A model generated the notes under the pieces. It saw only the letters and a program-made list of their open reading frames with translations. It was not told where the DNA came from and did no database searches. Positions 31,048-41,831 of a stretch of DNA of 48,061 nt are shown here, piece by piece. The DNA is taken from IMG/VR virus record IMGVR_UViG_3300010392_000224; one strand, written 5' to 3'. Both the position numbers and the translations under genes were made by a program. Positions within the stretch are counted from its first letter, which is position 1, and each line of letters opens with the position of its first letter. This DNA is from a virus.

Positions 31048-31272
31048 ATGACAGAACGAGTAAAAGAACTTAAAGTATTGAAAGCAGGAAACGGTAACAT
31101 GTTCCGTATTGGCTTTGAGGGCGGTGGCGAAGTACCACGAGAACTCGATGGTTTGTGGACCAGTGAGCGAGTTGCTAGCATGGCAGTAGATGCCTTCCTA
31201 TTGAAGGAAGAACGTGCCAAGGCCGAGAAGAAGACACGTACCAAGAAAGAACCCGAACAACTAGAAGCGTAA
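31048..31272 (+). CDS. Hypothetical protein (74 aa)
   Basis: Compactly placed, with a Lys/Glu-rich C-terminus. Confidence 0.6.
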   Translation: MTERVKELKVLKAGNGNMFRIGFEGGGEVPRELDGLWTSERVASMAVDAFLLKEERAKAEKKTRTKKEPEQLEA

Positions 31273-31283
31273 GGTAATTACCA

Positions 31284-33980
31284 ATGGCTCGATCTTACAT
31301 AAGTCCTGTGTACGGCCCGAATGGCTCTGTGTCCTTTAACTTTAATGGGAAGAACTATCCTACGTACGCTGGTGCTCAACGTGCTATGGGTACTGGTTCT
31401 GCTGAGTTAGGTGGCAATGCACAAATAGGCGGTGACTTCGAGCTAGGTTCCTACACGTACGTTCCTCCATCACAATCAGACGTAGGCAATAGACAGCTGT
31501 CTCGTTTAGGCGCGGGTGCTGCCCCATCTACAGCAGGTGAGGCTTTGTCTGTGTCTGATATGGTTACCGATGCGTCAGATAATGGAGTAGCCCCACATGC
31601 CAGAGGAACTTCTGGTTACGGTGCTGCTCCTGAGTTTGAACAAGACCTTGTAGTACAGGCACTGCAAAATCAACAGCGTATTCTTCTTGAGGAGGAGATA
31701 CGTAACTTCTCCATGGGAATGATTACAGATTCATCTCCTATGGTAGAGATTAGCAATGCTAGCTCTGATGAACAAAACATAGAAATCATAGAAGATGGTT
31801 CTCGCGCGCGTAGACGTGGACTCAGTTACGAGGCCAGCTTTGCGCGTAGCACAGCAAATCACACTAACGTAGTATCCTACTTGTGGTACCACGCAGAGGA
31901 TGGCAACCCTTATTTAGCAGTACTGCGTCCAAGTTCGACTAACTTATCTACTGCCACTATGGTAGTTAATACACACGATGCTAGCGATCCTGTTACATTA
32001 AGCACAGTGCTAGACAGTAACACAACAGCAGCTACTTACTACACATCCAACAGATCAGCATCTGAGTGGGGTGGTGACTTATATCTACCACAGGGCAGTG
32101 AGTCCACATTCGATGACTACTGTGGTGTAGCAATGTACTACAACGGGGCTACACTTACGGCGGTACACCGTCCAGTATTCATACGAGACTACTGGGGCGT
32201 TGATGATGGCTATGCTATATCCGATCGTCCAGCATCTCTTACTGCTAATCACCTATACAACCTAGTCAATCAGGGCTGGACCTACGAGGACATTGAATCC
32301 TTCCACACAACCATGAGCCTGTACCCAAGCAACGGAGATATGCCATGGTATGGTAAACTTGGTAATAACTACCAACAGGAAGAGCTTAACACAATCCCAG
32401 CACCTAACGGTGCACCAAAGGGATCTGTAATTATAAGTGCACAGTCGTTTGATCGTACTGCGTCTAGTCTGGTAGTGGATGCATTCGCTGCACAAGGAGC
32501 CTTGCTCACGTCTAACATATCTACTGATGATGATCAGTCCCTGACGTGGAAGTTCTGTGCTGAATTTGGTGGTCGTATAGTTTGGGCAGCACAACGAAAG
32601 AATACATATGCCCGTACTGGTAGCTCAAATGACCAAGTACCTGACATGGAGACAATCTTGTTCTTCAGTCGTTCTGTTACTAACCAAGCTAAGGCAGTGT
32701 CTGCAACTGATCCTGCTGGAGACTCTACTGATACCTCTACAGCATTCTCATGCTACTCAGTAGTAGACCCAACATCTGAGTTCTTTGAGGCTACGTCTGC
32801 TGACGGTGGCTTCTACTCTATACCAGAAGTTGGTAAGATTATGGGCATGAAGGCAGTTGGTGGCGCGCTGGTTCTGCTAGCAGACAATGGTGTTTGGGTA
32901 TTAGCAGGGGCTGGTGGTGTGTTTGATCCACTAAACTCTGTGATAAAACGCGTAGGTAATGTTGGTTGTGAGAGTGAGAAGTCTATTGTAGTTGCACGTA
33001 ACATGGTATTCTTCAAAGGACTGGATGGTATATACTCCATCGTCGGAGAAGAGGGCTCCGTAGTAACACGCAAACCTAGTAATAAAAAGATTGATGTGTG
33101 GCTATCTCAACGACGTGGTCAGTTCCAAGACGCAATATATGATCCAGTGAACTCTGAGGTACGCTGGCTGGTGCATAAAGGTGTTGAGCCGGGAGCAACT
33201 AACTGGGCAGTGACCGGTAATGAGCTACGCCAAGAAGAATTGATATACAACGTCGCCAAGGGTACCTTCACTAAGAACAGGTTCCCTAATGTGACGCTTA
33301 CTGTATCTGCTGCCCCAACAGCAACAGCTGTAACAAGTGGCACATATATTGCAGGATATGTTGCAATCCCTACCCCAGTTGTGGTAAACTTACCAGATAG
33401 AAATGATGGTACAACTGCTGACGAGGATGTAACTCGGTACACCCCAGTAGACCTGCGTCGGTCAACTATCAGTTTCAAGTACTTGATCGTTGATAGTCTA
33501 GGTTACACGTTCGCTGACTACACTGCCGATACATACACAGACTTCACTACTACAGCTAATGAAGAGATGCCGGGGTATCTTATCACCTACTACGACACAG
33601 ATGGATCTAGCGGTAGGCGCAAGCAAGTAGGACACATTACTACAATGTTCTATCGAACAGAACTTGGAGTAGAAGATCCGGGTGGTGGTTATGTAGCAGC
33701 TAACCAAGGTAGTTGTCTGATTGATTACTACTGGGATGGTGACCAACGTACACCGAACGAGAACTCTACACGCAGGCAGGAAGCATACAGATTAAATAGG
33801 GACTATACAATTAGTGGTGCATCTGATCCATTTGACTATGGACAGGCAATAATAACAACAAAGACTAAGCTACGCGGCCGCGGCCGTACGCTACAACTAG
33901 AGTTTAGAACTAGTACTGATAAGGATCTTCAATTGATAGGTTATTCAATAACCAAGAAGACCAATAGGAGAAGCAGATAA
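31284..33980 (+). CDS. Tail tubular protein B / nozzle-like protein
   Basis: 898 aa. Position and size match T7 gp12-like proteins. No catalytic motif seen. Confidence 0.55.
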   Translation: MARSYISPVYGPNGSVSFNFNGKNYPTYAGAQRAMGTGSAELGGNAQIGGDFELGSYTYVPPSQSDVGNRQLSRLGAGAAPSTAGEALSVSDMVTDASDNGVAPHARGTSGYGAAPEFEQDLVVQALQNQQRILLEEEIRNFSMGMITDSSPMVEISNASSDEQNIEIIEDGSRARRRGLSYEASFARSTANHTNVVSYLWYHAEDGNPYLAVLRPSSTNLSTATMVVNTHDASDPVTLSTVLDSNTTAATYYTSNRSASEWGGDLYLPQGSESTFDDYCGVAMYYNGATLTAVHRPVFIRDYWGVDDGYAISDRPASLTANHLYNLVNQGWTYEDIESFHTTMSLYPSNGDMPWYGKLGNNYQQEELNTIPAPNGAPKGSVIISAQSFDRTASSLVVDAFAAQGALLTSNISTDDDQSLTWKFCAEFGGRIVWAAQRKNTYARTGSSNDQVPDMETILFFSRSVTNQAKAVSATDPAGDSTDTSTAFSCYSVVDPTSEFFEATSADGGFYSIPEVGKIMGMKAVGGALVLLADNGVWVLAGAGGVFDPLNSVIKRVGNVGCESEKSIVVARNMVFFKGLDGIYSIVGEEGSVVTRKPSNKKIDVWLSQRRGQFQDAIYDPVNSEVRWLVHKGVEPGATNWAVTGNELRQEELIYNVAKGTFTKNRFPNVTLTVSAAPTATAVTSGTYIAGYVAIPTPVVVNLPDRNDGTTADEDVTRYTPVDLRRSTISFKYLIVDSLGYTFADYTADTYTDFTTTANEEMPGYLITYYDTDGSSGRRKQVGHITTMFYRTELGVEDPGGGYVAANQGSCLIDYYWDGDQRTPNENSTRRQEAYRLNRDYTISGASDPFDYGQAIITTKTKLRGRGRTLQLEFRTSTDKDLQLIGYSITKKTNRRSR

Positions 33981-34801
33981 TGGCCTATAAGAGTGAACTA
34001 GGCGAAGCCATTGGTACCGGTATTCTTGCTGGACTTACATCCGGCAACCCGCTGGTCGGAATTGCATCCGGCCTGCTAAGCTTGTTTACTGGAGTGTCCA
34101 ATGCAAAGGCAGAGGATACTTATAACGCCGAGCTTAGTGCATTAGCAGCCCTTGAGGCAGATAGGCGTGAAGCAGCAACAGAGTTGCAGGTAGAGAGTAA
34201 TGTACTTCGCCACGAGCAGGATACATTTGCTGCTGAGAGGGATCGCCGCGCGTTTAGTTATCGAGAAACTATGGCATCTATGGGGGTAACTTCCTTTGCT
34301 GCGCAGACAGGACTAAGCGGTAGCTCAATTGAGAAACAGGCGCAACAAAGACTTGACATAAACTATGCCAGAGGTATACAGGATAGTATCAGAAGCCAAG
34401 AACTTGCTGACACTTTATTTGGTAAGGCACAGCTACAACTAGAAATCCTTGGTGGCATTACTGATCCTAACAACCAGTATGGTACAGTTAGTGGGGGTAG
34501 GGAAGATCTTATTGAGAGACCACAACCAACGGGTATAGCAGCAGATGGACTATTCGCTGGTAAGGAAAGTGAGTACCTAGACATATATGGTCCAGCAAAT
34601 GCACAGCTATCAGATAAGGAAGAATCCTATTATGGTGATACTGGTCCCGGCACTGGTGTCGTTACTGATAAGCAAGAAGATTACTACGCTGCCTACAACC
34701 AACCAACTACTGATATTACCGACAAGCAAGCAACATCGAGTGGTAAGAAGTTAGTAGGCAAGAAGACTAGCTTACCATTCAATCCATTTGCTACGTTTTA
34801 A
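33980..34801 (+). CDS. Internal virion protein candidate (273 aa)
   Basis: It has an N-terminal Gly/Ala-rich hydrophobic segment (GILAGLTSGNPLVGIASGLLSLFTGV) followed by a coiled-coil-like region. It occupies the position of the T7 gp13/14 class. Confidence 0.5.
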   Translation: MAYKSELGEAIGTGILAGLTSGNPLVGIASGLLSLFTGVSNAKAEDTYNAELSALAALEADRREAATELQVESNVLRHEQDTFAAERDRRAFSYRETMASMGVTSFAAQTGLSGSSIEKQAQQRLDINYARGIQDSIRSQELADTLFGKAQLQLEILGGITDPNNQYGTVSGGREDLIERPQPTGIAADGLFAGKESEYLDIYGPANAQLSDKEESYYGDTGPGTGVVTDKQEDYYAAYNQPTTDITDKQATSSGKKLVGKKTSLPFNPFATF

Positions 34802-34813
34802 AAAGAGCTACTA

Positions 34814-37800
34814 ATGGCTAATAAATTTATACCAGATTACATTGAAGAAGACATCAATAAGTTCCATCCAGATAGGAAGGATACTCTTGAAGTAGAGCAT
34901 TTGATCTCAAATCAAAAGTCTGTTCTTCAGGGAGATGATCTTCTTCTGAATGATGCCGCAGGACAGGTAGGCTTGTCCATGTCAACACAACGCGCACAGC
35001 TAGAGAGGTATAAGCAACAGCAGGTAGAGTCAGCCAAGGCTGGTCAGGTACAACACATCATTGATCGTGCCATACGTGGTGAGGAAGTAGATCCGCAGGA
35101 ACTACAGGAAGAGCTATTAAATCCAGCAGAGGGGTATCGATACTACCAAGCATTGGTGCGCTCAAATGATGATGGTGCTGCGCTGTCCAACGATCAAGTA
35201 AAGAATGTAGCAGCTAATCTGTATACCCGTAATCTGATTGCATCTGCTACTGATGACGCAGGGATCATGGAAACTGTAGCTAACGTAGCTGGATTGATAG
35301 CCCTGCCACGGCAGACGTATGTACTTGCTAAGACATTCCCAGAGGAGCTGGGTAGTACAGCCATTGATAGTGGTGATTTCGTAGTCAACTTCGCACGACG
35401 CTTCCGCGATCTGCCTCCTGAGCAGAAGATAGAGGTAGCTCGTGAGGTATTTGATCGTACTAAGTCAGCAACTGATAATGAGTTGTTGCAACTCACACAG
35501 CTTGTGGACCTGCTGGGATCAGACGTAGTGTCAGAGGATGTCGCTAAAACTTCCTACTTCTTGGATAAAATAGATGTTGCTACCTTTGGTCTAGCTGGAG
35601 TTGGCGCGGCCACAGCCCTAATAAAAGGACGACGTGCACTTAACGCAGTAAAGAATGCCAAGAATATAGAGAAGGTTGCTGAGCTAGCTGACGCTGGTAT
35701 GCGTGACGCAACCATAGCAACAAAGCTTGGTGCCAACCAATCCGATATAGCCAACACAGTAGACGCCAACAAGGCCATTATCCTTGAGGGCGCAGATCCT
35801 GCGTTGACCAAGAAGATTGTAGATAAGTGGCAGAAACAAGATGACTACACATCCCGTATAAACGATCTGACATCTGAGGGGATTGGTATCTCTGACGCCG
35901 ACATTGATGCAGCCATTACTTCAACAAGTGCCAAGGTAGAGCGAGAGCTGCGTAATGCAGGTAACAACGTGATCTACAATGAGGGCATGTTGGACGAGGC
36001 GGGTAACATCAAGATACGGTCTACTATCCTTGAGGCTGATGGTAACATGTCTCAGATAGATACCTCTCGTAGTCTTAAGTATGACGACATACACGATGTG
36101 TTTATAAACCCAGAGAATAACTTTGTCGTAAGCAATTTAACCAGCCCTAACTTCTACTTTGGAAAGAACAGGGACAGGTTAGTACAGGCGTATGAACGTC
36201 TTGGGTACCAGTCTGCTGCCATTAACAAGGCGCTCACATCTCAGTTCAATAACATTACTCGTGGGTTAGGCAAGTCCTCATTAGGTAAGCTTGATAACCT
36301 ATTGAAGTATGGTGATGAGCAGGAAGCAGTGTACAGCGTGTCTCAACTCATGACCACTGGTGTTAATGGCATCCAGCTGTCTAAGAAAGAAGCCGTTGCT
36401 TACGCACAGACTCGGCACATGTTTGATGAGTTGTGGAGACTGGAAGACTCGGCACTGTCTGCACAGTTCCGTGCACAGGGATTAAAGAAGATCAACACAT
36501 CTCCTGCCTACCAAGGACAGGGTAGACAAACTGTGTACGCTAAGCCGTATGACAGTATAGATGCTGCACGCACTGCTTACACAAAAGAGGCTACTCATAA
36601 GCTAGTCAAGCTGCCCGTAATTGGTGACAGTAAGGTAAAGGCGCTATCTGTTGCGGAGCTTGAGGATTACTACAACGATGGATTTGTGCTGACTCGTGCC
36701 ATTAAGTCTGAGAACAACCTGTTCGATGCGCAGGGCACTAAGGTTATGTGGAGCCTAGAAGAAGCAGGTAACATATCAGACATTACTGGTGGCGTACTTA
36801 ACTACCGTAAGGGATACATACCAAAAATAGGTGACAAGGAGTACTGGTTTGTTAAGTCCCGTAACACAGGAAGTGCTACGTTTGAGTATGGTGACGACTT
36901 AGAATCATCATTCACACTGGCCACTGCTGCAACCAAGGACGACGCAGAGAAGTTCGCTATGCGCTACAACGCCACGAAGACGGCAGATGAGGCAGAGGCT
37001 TTGGTCTTATCTGATAGGGAAGTAGAACAGGTACTGGCTGGTGAGAACGTAGTCAAGCAGTACGGTGGCTTGTTCACTGGGGCACGTTCTACTCGACACA
37101 TACCACATATCGTTGGTGGGCAGGAAGGACCTCGTGAATTCATCAATGTGTATGAGGCTATGCAGCGTAACATTAATCATATCGCAAAGCGATTACCTAT
37201 GGCTGAATACCGTATAGGTAATGAAAAGGTATGGTTAAATACAGCTGCACAGCACGTGCCAAACTGGAAGCTAGACAACATCTCATTCGATGAAGCTGCT
37301 GCTATGATTGCAGATCCGGTACTTACTCCGGGCATTCCAGCACGTCAACGTAACTTCTTGATTACTAGTGCACGTCAGATACGATACATCAACGGGGTAC
37401 ATACACTCGGGGAGGAAGCATTCAAAGCATCCATGCAGGGTGCTGGCTTGGCGATGGAATCTGCTGGTAAGAAGTTAAGCAAGCTTGGTGTTCCCGGAGC
37501 TAAGGGACTCGGTGATGAGATGGCTAAGTATATGTATGCCAACAAGAGCAGAGATCCTATCACTGCCGTTAAGGGAGCTACGTTCCACTTGTTTCTAGGC
37601 ATGGGTAACCCAGCACAGTATTTTATTCAGGGCAGTGGTGCTACCATTGCTATGAGTATGCACCCTATTAGTGCAGCACGTGTGCTACCTAAGATACCTA
37701 TGTATACTGTACTGGATAACATACCTAACCCAGCAACACGCCGCCGCGCGGCATATGCACTTGAGTCCAAGATGAAGAGTGTTGGTTTGCTACGTAAAGA

Positions 37801-39154
37801 TAGTACCTTTGCTGATGATTATCTGGCGTGGAACAGTACTGGTATCCGAGAGGGTATCATACATACAAACGTAGATGCTGTTAGTGTGTACAACTCGCAC
37901 CCAATTGATGTTCTTGGTGCACATAAGTTTATGCAGACAGCGGGTAAGTTGTCAACTGCACCATACTCAGCAGGTGAATTAGTTAACGCACGCATGTCTT
38001 ACTTCATTGCACTTGATCGGGCTAAGCGTGCAGCTAAGGGGCGTAAGCTAACAGCTGATGAGCTTAAAGGAGTAGTGTCACGGGCAGAACAGTTCCGCTT
38101 AAACATGAACAATGCTAACAAGGCAGAGTATCAGAAGGGTTTCTGGGCAGTAACAACTCAGTTTATGAGCGTCAACGCTCGCTTCTTTGAGGCTTTGATG
38201 GGCGGACAGTTCACAGCATTCGAGAGATTTAAGCTTATAGCTGGTCAGGCAGCCTTGTTTGGTGCGCTTGGTATACCAATGGCTGATTACTTAGCCAAGA
38301 ATATGCTTGAGAGTGTTGGTGTTGAGCCAACAGATGATGTTGCTGGCATGTATTATGAGGCCCGTGAGGGTGTGATGGGCTACTTACTTACACAGATGGG
38401 TGCAGAGGGCGTAGATGTAGTGCCACGTATCGCCTTGGGCGAGGGTTTTGCTCAGCAGGTACTGTCCTTAGCAGCAGAGGAGTCATATCCACCGCTGTTA
38501 CTGATTGGTCCTAGTGCGTCAAGTGGTAAGAAGGCACTTGAAGTAATACAAGGAGTGGTAAATTCCACTAAGATGATGATGAGTGCCGATGAAATGGAAG
38601 CTGGTGATTTCAATACACTGCTAGGTCTTTACAAAGACTGGCTTGTTGAGCTACCAAGCTCTACTGCTAAGGCGCGCGTGGCATTAGATGTGATGGAAAA
38701 CCGCATGTTGCAGGATAAGTATGGTCGTCCTATCCTGTTCTCTGACCCAACCAAGCTGGAAGAGATACTACTGCTTGTTGGATTCAATCCCAAGGAGCTA
38801 CAAGACTACTATGCTGCCAATATCTCCATGATTAAAGACAGCAGAAAGAAGTCTAAAGAGTTAAAGCAGGTATTCAAGCAGTGGAGTAAGCTGACTACAC
38901 AGATACAAGAGGGCAAGATCGACGCAGCCCGCGCATCTCAGCTGTTTACTTCATTCATTACTAGCTCATACTCACCAGCAGACTTGCCAGAGTTCCTGAG
39001 TTACATACAGGAGCAGGCTGTGTTGGGCAATGATCCTAATCTTGACATCGTATTGAAAGTATTAGAAGATTCTCACAGTGAGCTATTGACAAACTCAACA
39101 AAATTTAGTAATATAATGCTACGCTTTGGCAAAGAACAAGGGGAAACAGAGTAA
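34814..39154 (+). CDS. Large internal virion / DNA-ejection protein candidate (1446 aa)
   Basis: It is the largest ORF, with size and position comparable to T7 gp16-class proteins. No lytic transglycosylase motif recognised. Confidence 0.55.
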   Translation: MANKFIPDYIEEDINKFHPDRKDTLEVEHLISNQKSVLQGDDLLLNDAAGQVGLSMSTQRAQLERYKQQQVESAKAGQVQHIIDRAIRGEEVDPQELQEELLNPAEGYRYYQALVRSNDDGAALSNDQVKNVAANLYTRNLIASATDDAGIMETVANVAGLIALPRQTYVLAKTFPEELGSTAIDSGDFVVNFARRFRDLPPEQKIEVAREVFDRTKSATDNELLQLTQLVDLLGSDVVSEDVAKTSYFLDKIDVATFGLAGVGAATALIKGRRALNAVKNAKNIEKVAELADAGMRDATIATKLGANQSDIANTVDANKAIILEGADPALTKKIVDKWQKQDDYTSRINDLTSEGIGISDADIDAAITSTSAKVERELRNAGNNVIYNEGMLDEAGNIKIRSTILEADGNMSQIDTSRSLKYDDIHDVFINPENNFVVSNLTSPNFYFGKNRDRLVQAYERLGYQSAAINKALTSQFNNITRGLGKSSLGKLDNLLKYGDEQEAVYSVSQLMTTGVNGIQLSKKEAVAYAQTRHMFDELWRLEDSALSAQFRAQGLKKINTSPAYQGQGRQTVYAKPYDSIDAARTAYTKEATHKLVKLPVIGDSKVKALSVAELEDYYNDGFVLTRAIKSENNLFDAQGTKVMWSLEEAGNISDITGGVLNYRKGYIPKIGDKEYWFVKSRNTGSATFEYGDDLESSFTLATAATKDDAEKFAMRYNATKTADEAEALVLSDREVEQVLAGENVVKQYGGLFTGARSTRHIPHIVGGQEGPREFINVYEAMQRNINHIAKRLPMAEYRIGNEKVWLNTAAQHVPNWKLDNISFDEAAAMIADPVLTPGIPARQRNFLITSARQIRYINGVHTLGEEAFKASMQGAGLAMESAGKKLSKLGVPGAKGLGDEMAKYMYANKSRDPITAVKGATFHLFLGMGNPAQYFIQGSGATIAMSMHPISAARVLPKIPMYTVLDNIPNPATRRRAAYALESKMKSVGLLRKDSTFADDYLAWNSTGIREGIIHTNVDAVSVYNSHPIDVLGAHKFMQTAGKLSTAPYSAGELVNARMSYFIALDRAKRAAKGRKLTADELKGVVSRAEQFRLNMNNANKAEYQKGFWAVTTQFMSVNARFFEALMGGQFTAFERFKLIAGQAALFGALGIPMADYLAKNMLESVGVEPTDDVAGMYYEAREGVMGYLLTQMGAEGVDVVPRIALGEGFAQQVLSLAAEESYPPLLLIGPSASSGKKALEVIQGVVNSTKMMMSADEMEAGDFNTLLGLYKDWLVELPSSTAKARVALDVMENRMLQDKYGRPILFSDPTKLEEILLLVGFNPKELQDYYAANISMIKDSRKKSKELKQVFKQWSKLTTQIQEGKIDAARASQLFTSFITSSYSPADLPEFLSYIQEQAVLGNDPNLDIVLKVLEDSHSELLTNSTKFSNIMLRFGKEQGETE

Positions 39155-41217
39155 TGACGCAGAATGTATTTACTGCTGATATAGGAACTGCTGGCACGTT
39201 TCAAGATTCACGTACACCAGCGCAACATACTGCCAACTTAGTACGTGAGCAGGAGGATAAGCGTCAGGCAAAGATCACTCTTGAGGATAAGCTGGCGAGT
39301 AACCAAGCAAACGCTAAGTTGTTTGAGGGATTGGCGACACTAGGTATTAGAGTAGGCGAGAACATGGCAGCAGCCAAGCTTTGGGGGGAGGCAACCAACG
39401 AAGCAGAGGCTATTGCGCTCATTGAGTCGCAGGGTGCTAACTTAGGAGAGACTATTGATAACTTCACAGAGCTGGCACAGGCACGTAACGCTGGTACAAT
39501 CTCCTACGAGAAAGCCCAGATAGAAATGCAGCGCCTTATGCGCAGAGCCAAGCACGATAACCCTCTGTTTGCCTACTCGATTGATAAAGCTGCGTCTAAG
39601 TTTCTTACTGGTCTGCCCGGTAGTGGTGCCACATCTGGTGGTGGTACTCTGACTTCTCTTAGTGCAGCAGAGCAGGAAGTACAGAAGTACAAAGCTGAGG
39701 TTGCTGGGCTAATGTCCCGGACTGGCTGGTCACAAGACTATGCAGTCAACCACCTACAGAAAGTTGCCATAGGTGCTGAGAAGGTTAAGTTAGCTGAGCA
39801 GAAAAAAGCTATGGCACTGGCAAATGAAGTATCATCAGGCGTAGCCAGTGAGCAGATTGCAGAACAGGTGTATGTAGCCAAGAGCAGGATAACAGATGAT
39901 TTGTATCAGGCCATATCAATGGCACTCCAAGCTAATCCTAACGGACTTAGCACTGAGCAAAGAACTGAATTGAAGGCGCAGATAGGCAACGCTTATTCCC
40001 AGTTGAACGCTGCACTGGCAAAGAGTATCGAAACTACTACTGCCAACAACGACACATTCACTATGGACAATGAGGTCATGGATAACATTGAGCGTACTCT
40101 GGATGCAGATCGCTCGGCTCTGCTGGCGTTCGTAGATGAGGAAAACTTAGAGACTAACATGTCTGCCATACGTAATGCAACCGAGGCAGGACTAGATATG
40201 TACATGATGGAGAATCACCCAGAGTTCACGTTCCTACGTGATCAGGTATTCAAGGGTGACATGGCCACCATGCTGGCATACAAGAAGAACGGCGGACTTA
40301 ACGCGCTGTACAAGAGCGATCCTACATTCAAGAGACTGCTTGATGACTACAATCTAACTACTACAGAGGGTATGCAGGCAATGCGCCTGTCCGCGTTAGA
40401 CAATGCATTCAACACTAATGATGTTGATCGTCTGCGTACTGACATTGAGGCAGCAACACTAGACCAACAGGGCAACTCTGAGCTACAAGAAGCAGTGGCA
40501 GCTGCCGCTGGTGACGCTGAGACAGGGGCTGAGCTTGTACGTAACTTGGCGGGTGCCGCAGCTGATGATCCAGACGTTCCATATGCTTACTACAACATGC
40601 CGTCGTACGTTACACGTGCGTTAGAAGATCCTCAGTATGCAAAGACAGTTCTTCTGCCCATCACTGACGCAGGAGTAGATGGTGTTGTTTCTGCTATCTT
40701 AACAGATAACAATGGCATCAACCCTAACCTGACAATTACTACAGCCGGTCGTACTGTTGATGACAACGTCGATGCTTACACTAGCCGTCTCAATCTTCCA
40801 GAGAAGTATGCGCGTCACCGTGCTCAGACAGCTGCTACTAACGATCCTATTCGCTTTGAGATCGAGGGCATCAGTAAGAACCAACAGCGGCAGCTGAACG
40901 AGATGTTACATGGTTTGATGAAGGTACCAACCGTACTCGGCTTGTCTCCTACGTCAACTGATAAGGAGCGCGCAGACGCTGCCATTGAGTACATCACTAA
41001 CAAGATGCAACGTGTAATAGAGGTAGTGCCAGAGGAAGTTGACATGGACCTGAGTGGTGCAGAAGCAACGCTACCAACAGCCATTGAGCAGATCAGCGCT
41101 ACTGATCAGGCGTATGTAGATAGCCTTCGTGGTGTATTATCTGATGAAGATTTTATGTCCATTCTAAATTCCCGTGGGTGGGAAGTAATAGATGGATCTG
41201 TAGTTAGACGACTGTAA
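39154..41217 (+). CDS. Internal virion protein candidate (687 aa)
   Basis: Ala/Glu/Leu-rich and helical-looking. Its start overlaps the upstream stop (TAATG). Confidence 0.5.
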   Translation: MTQNVFTADIGTAGTFQDSRTPAQHTANLVREQEDKRQAKITLEDKLASNQANAKLFEGLATLGIRVGENMAAAKLWGEATNEAEAIALIESQGANLGETIDNFTELAQARNAGTISYEKAQIEMQRLMRRAKHDNPLFAYSIDKAASKFLTGLPGSGATSGGGTLTSLSAAEQEVQKYKAEVAGLMSRTGWSQDYAVNHLQKVAIGAEKVKLAEQKKAMALANEVSSGVASEQIAEQVYVAKSRITDDLYQAISMALQANPNGLSTEQRTELKAQIGNAYSQLNAALAKSIETTTANNDTFTMDNEVMDNIERTLDADRSALLAFVDEENLETNMSAIRNATEAGLDMYMMENHPEFTFLRDQVFKGDMATMLAYKKNGGLNALYKSDPTFKRLLDDYNLTTTEGMQAMRLSALDNAFNTNDVDRLRTDIEAATLDQQGNSELQEAVAAAAGDAETGAELVRNLAGAAADDPDVPYAYYNMPSYVTRALEDPQYAKTVLLPITDAGVDGVVSAILTDNNGINPNLTITTAGRTVDDNVDAYTSRLNLPEKYARHRAQTAATNDPIRFEIEGISKNQQRQLNEMLHGLMKVPTVLGLSPTSTDKERADAAIEYITNKMQRVIEVVPEEVDMDLSGAEATLPTAIEQISATDQAYVDSLRGVLSDEDFMSILNSRGWEVIDGSVVRRL

Positions 41218-41226
41218 GGATGTAGT

Positions 41227-41496
41227 ATGACTGGGCAAGTAGATAACAGCAGAATATTAGAAAGATTGGATAAGATAGAAGCGGCTGATCTTGAAACTAA
41301 GATAACCTTAGTTGAACTAAAGATCATTCTGAAGCAGCTTGTTGAATATAACAAACGCTGTGAGGAGTTGGAGAAGCGTGTGGATGCACACGATAGAAAT
41401 TGGAGAGTGGTATGGAAAATAGGAAAGTGGTTACTTGGTGGAAGCGCGCTGTCGTTTATACTTGCATTAGCATCAGTGTTGGATTGGGTACCGTAA
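41227..41496 (+). CDS. Tail-anchored coiled-coil membrane protein (89 aa), lysis-associated candidate
   Basis: N-terminal heptad-like helix (LERLDKIEAADLETKITLVELKIILKQL) and a C-terminal TM segment (WLLGGSALSFILALASVL). Its 3' end overlaps the next ORF by 85-97 nt. Confidence 0.5.
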   Translation: MTGQVDNSRILERLDKIEAADLETKITLVELKIILKQLVEYNKRCEELEKRVDAHDRNWRVVWKIGKWLLGGSALSFILALASVLDWVP

Positions 41497-41831
41497 GCTG
41501 TGCAGCCCTAGACTTACTGAAACCTAACAACGGTATATCAGTTGAGGCGCAGGTAGGTAAGGAAAATGAAAAGACTGTGGGGTTCAAGAGTGAAGACTCA
41601 GTGAACTCCTTTGCTTATGACTACGATAACTTTAACATAGCTCCAGAGAACATAGAGGAAGGTGGTCGTGTTGGCGGGATAGTTGCTGACAACTACACCA
41701 TAGAGACTCCAATAACCATACCAATAATATTGCTGATGTTGTTATTGTGGGCGCTACCAACACCAAAGACTATGTGGGATAAGACTAAAGAGTTCTTACG
41801 TAAGGTATTTAAACGTGGCAAGAAAGACTAG
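41412..41831 (+). CDS. Unimolecular-spanin-like protein: N-terminal signal with lipobox-like Cys plus C-terminal TM
   Basis: First ATG at 41412, with GGAG 6 nt upstream. Features are MENRKVVTWWKR + AVVYTCISISVGLGTVS-C, a soluble middle, the C-terminal TM ITIPIILLMLLLWALP and a basic tail. The lipobox is imperfect (T at -3). Confidence 0.4.
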   Translation: MENRKVVTWWKRAVVYTCISISVGLGTVSCAALDLLKPNNGISVEAQVGKENEKTVGFKSEDSVNSFAYDYDNFNIAPENIEEGGRVGGIVADNYTIETPITIPIILLMLLLWALPTPKTMWDKTKEFLRKVFKRGKKD

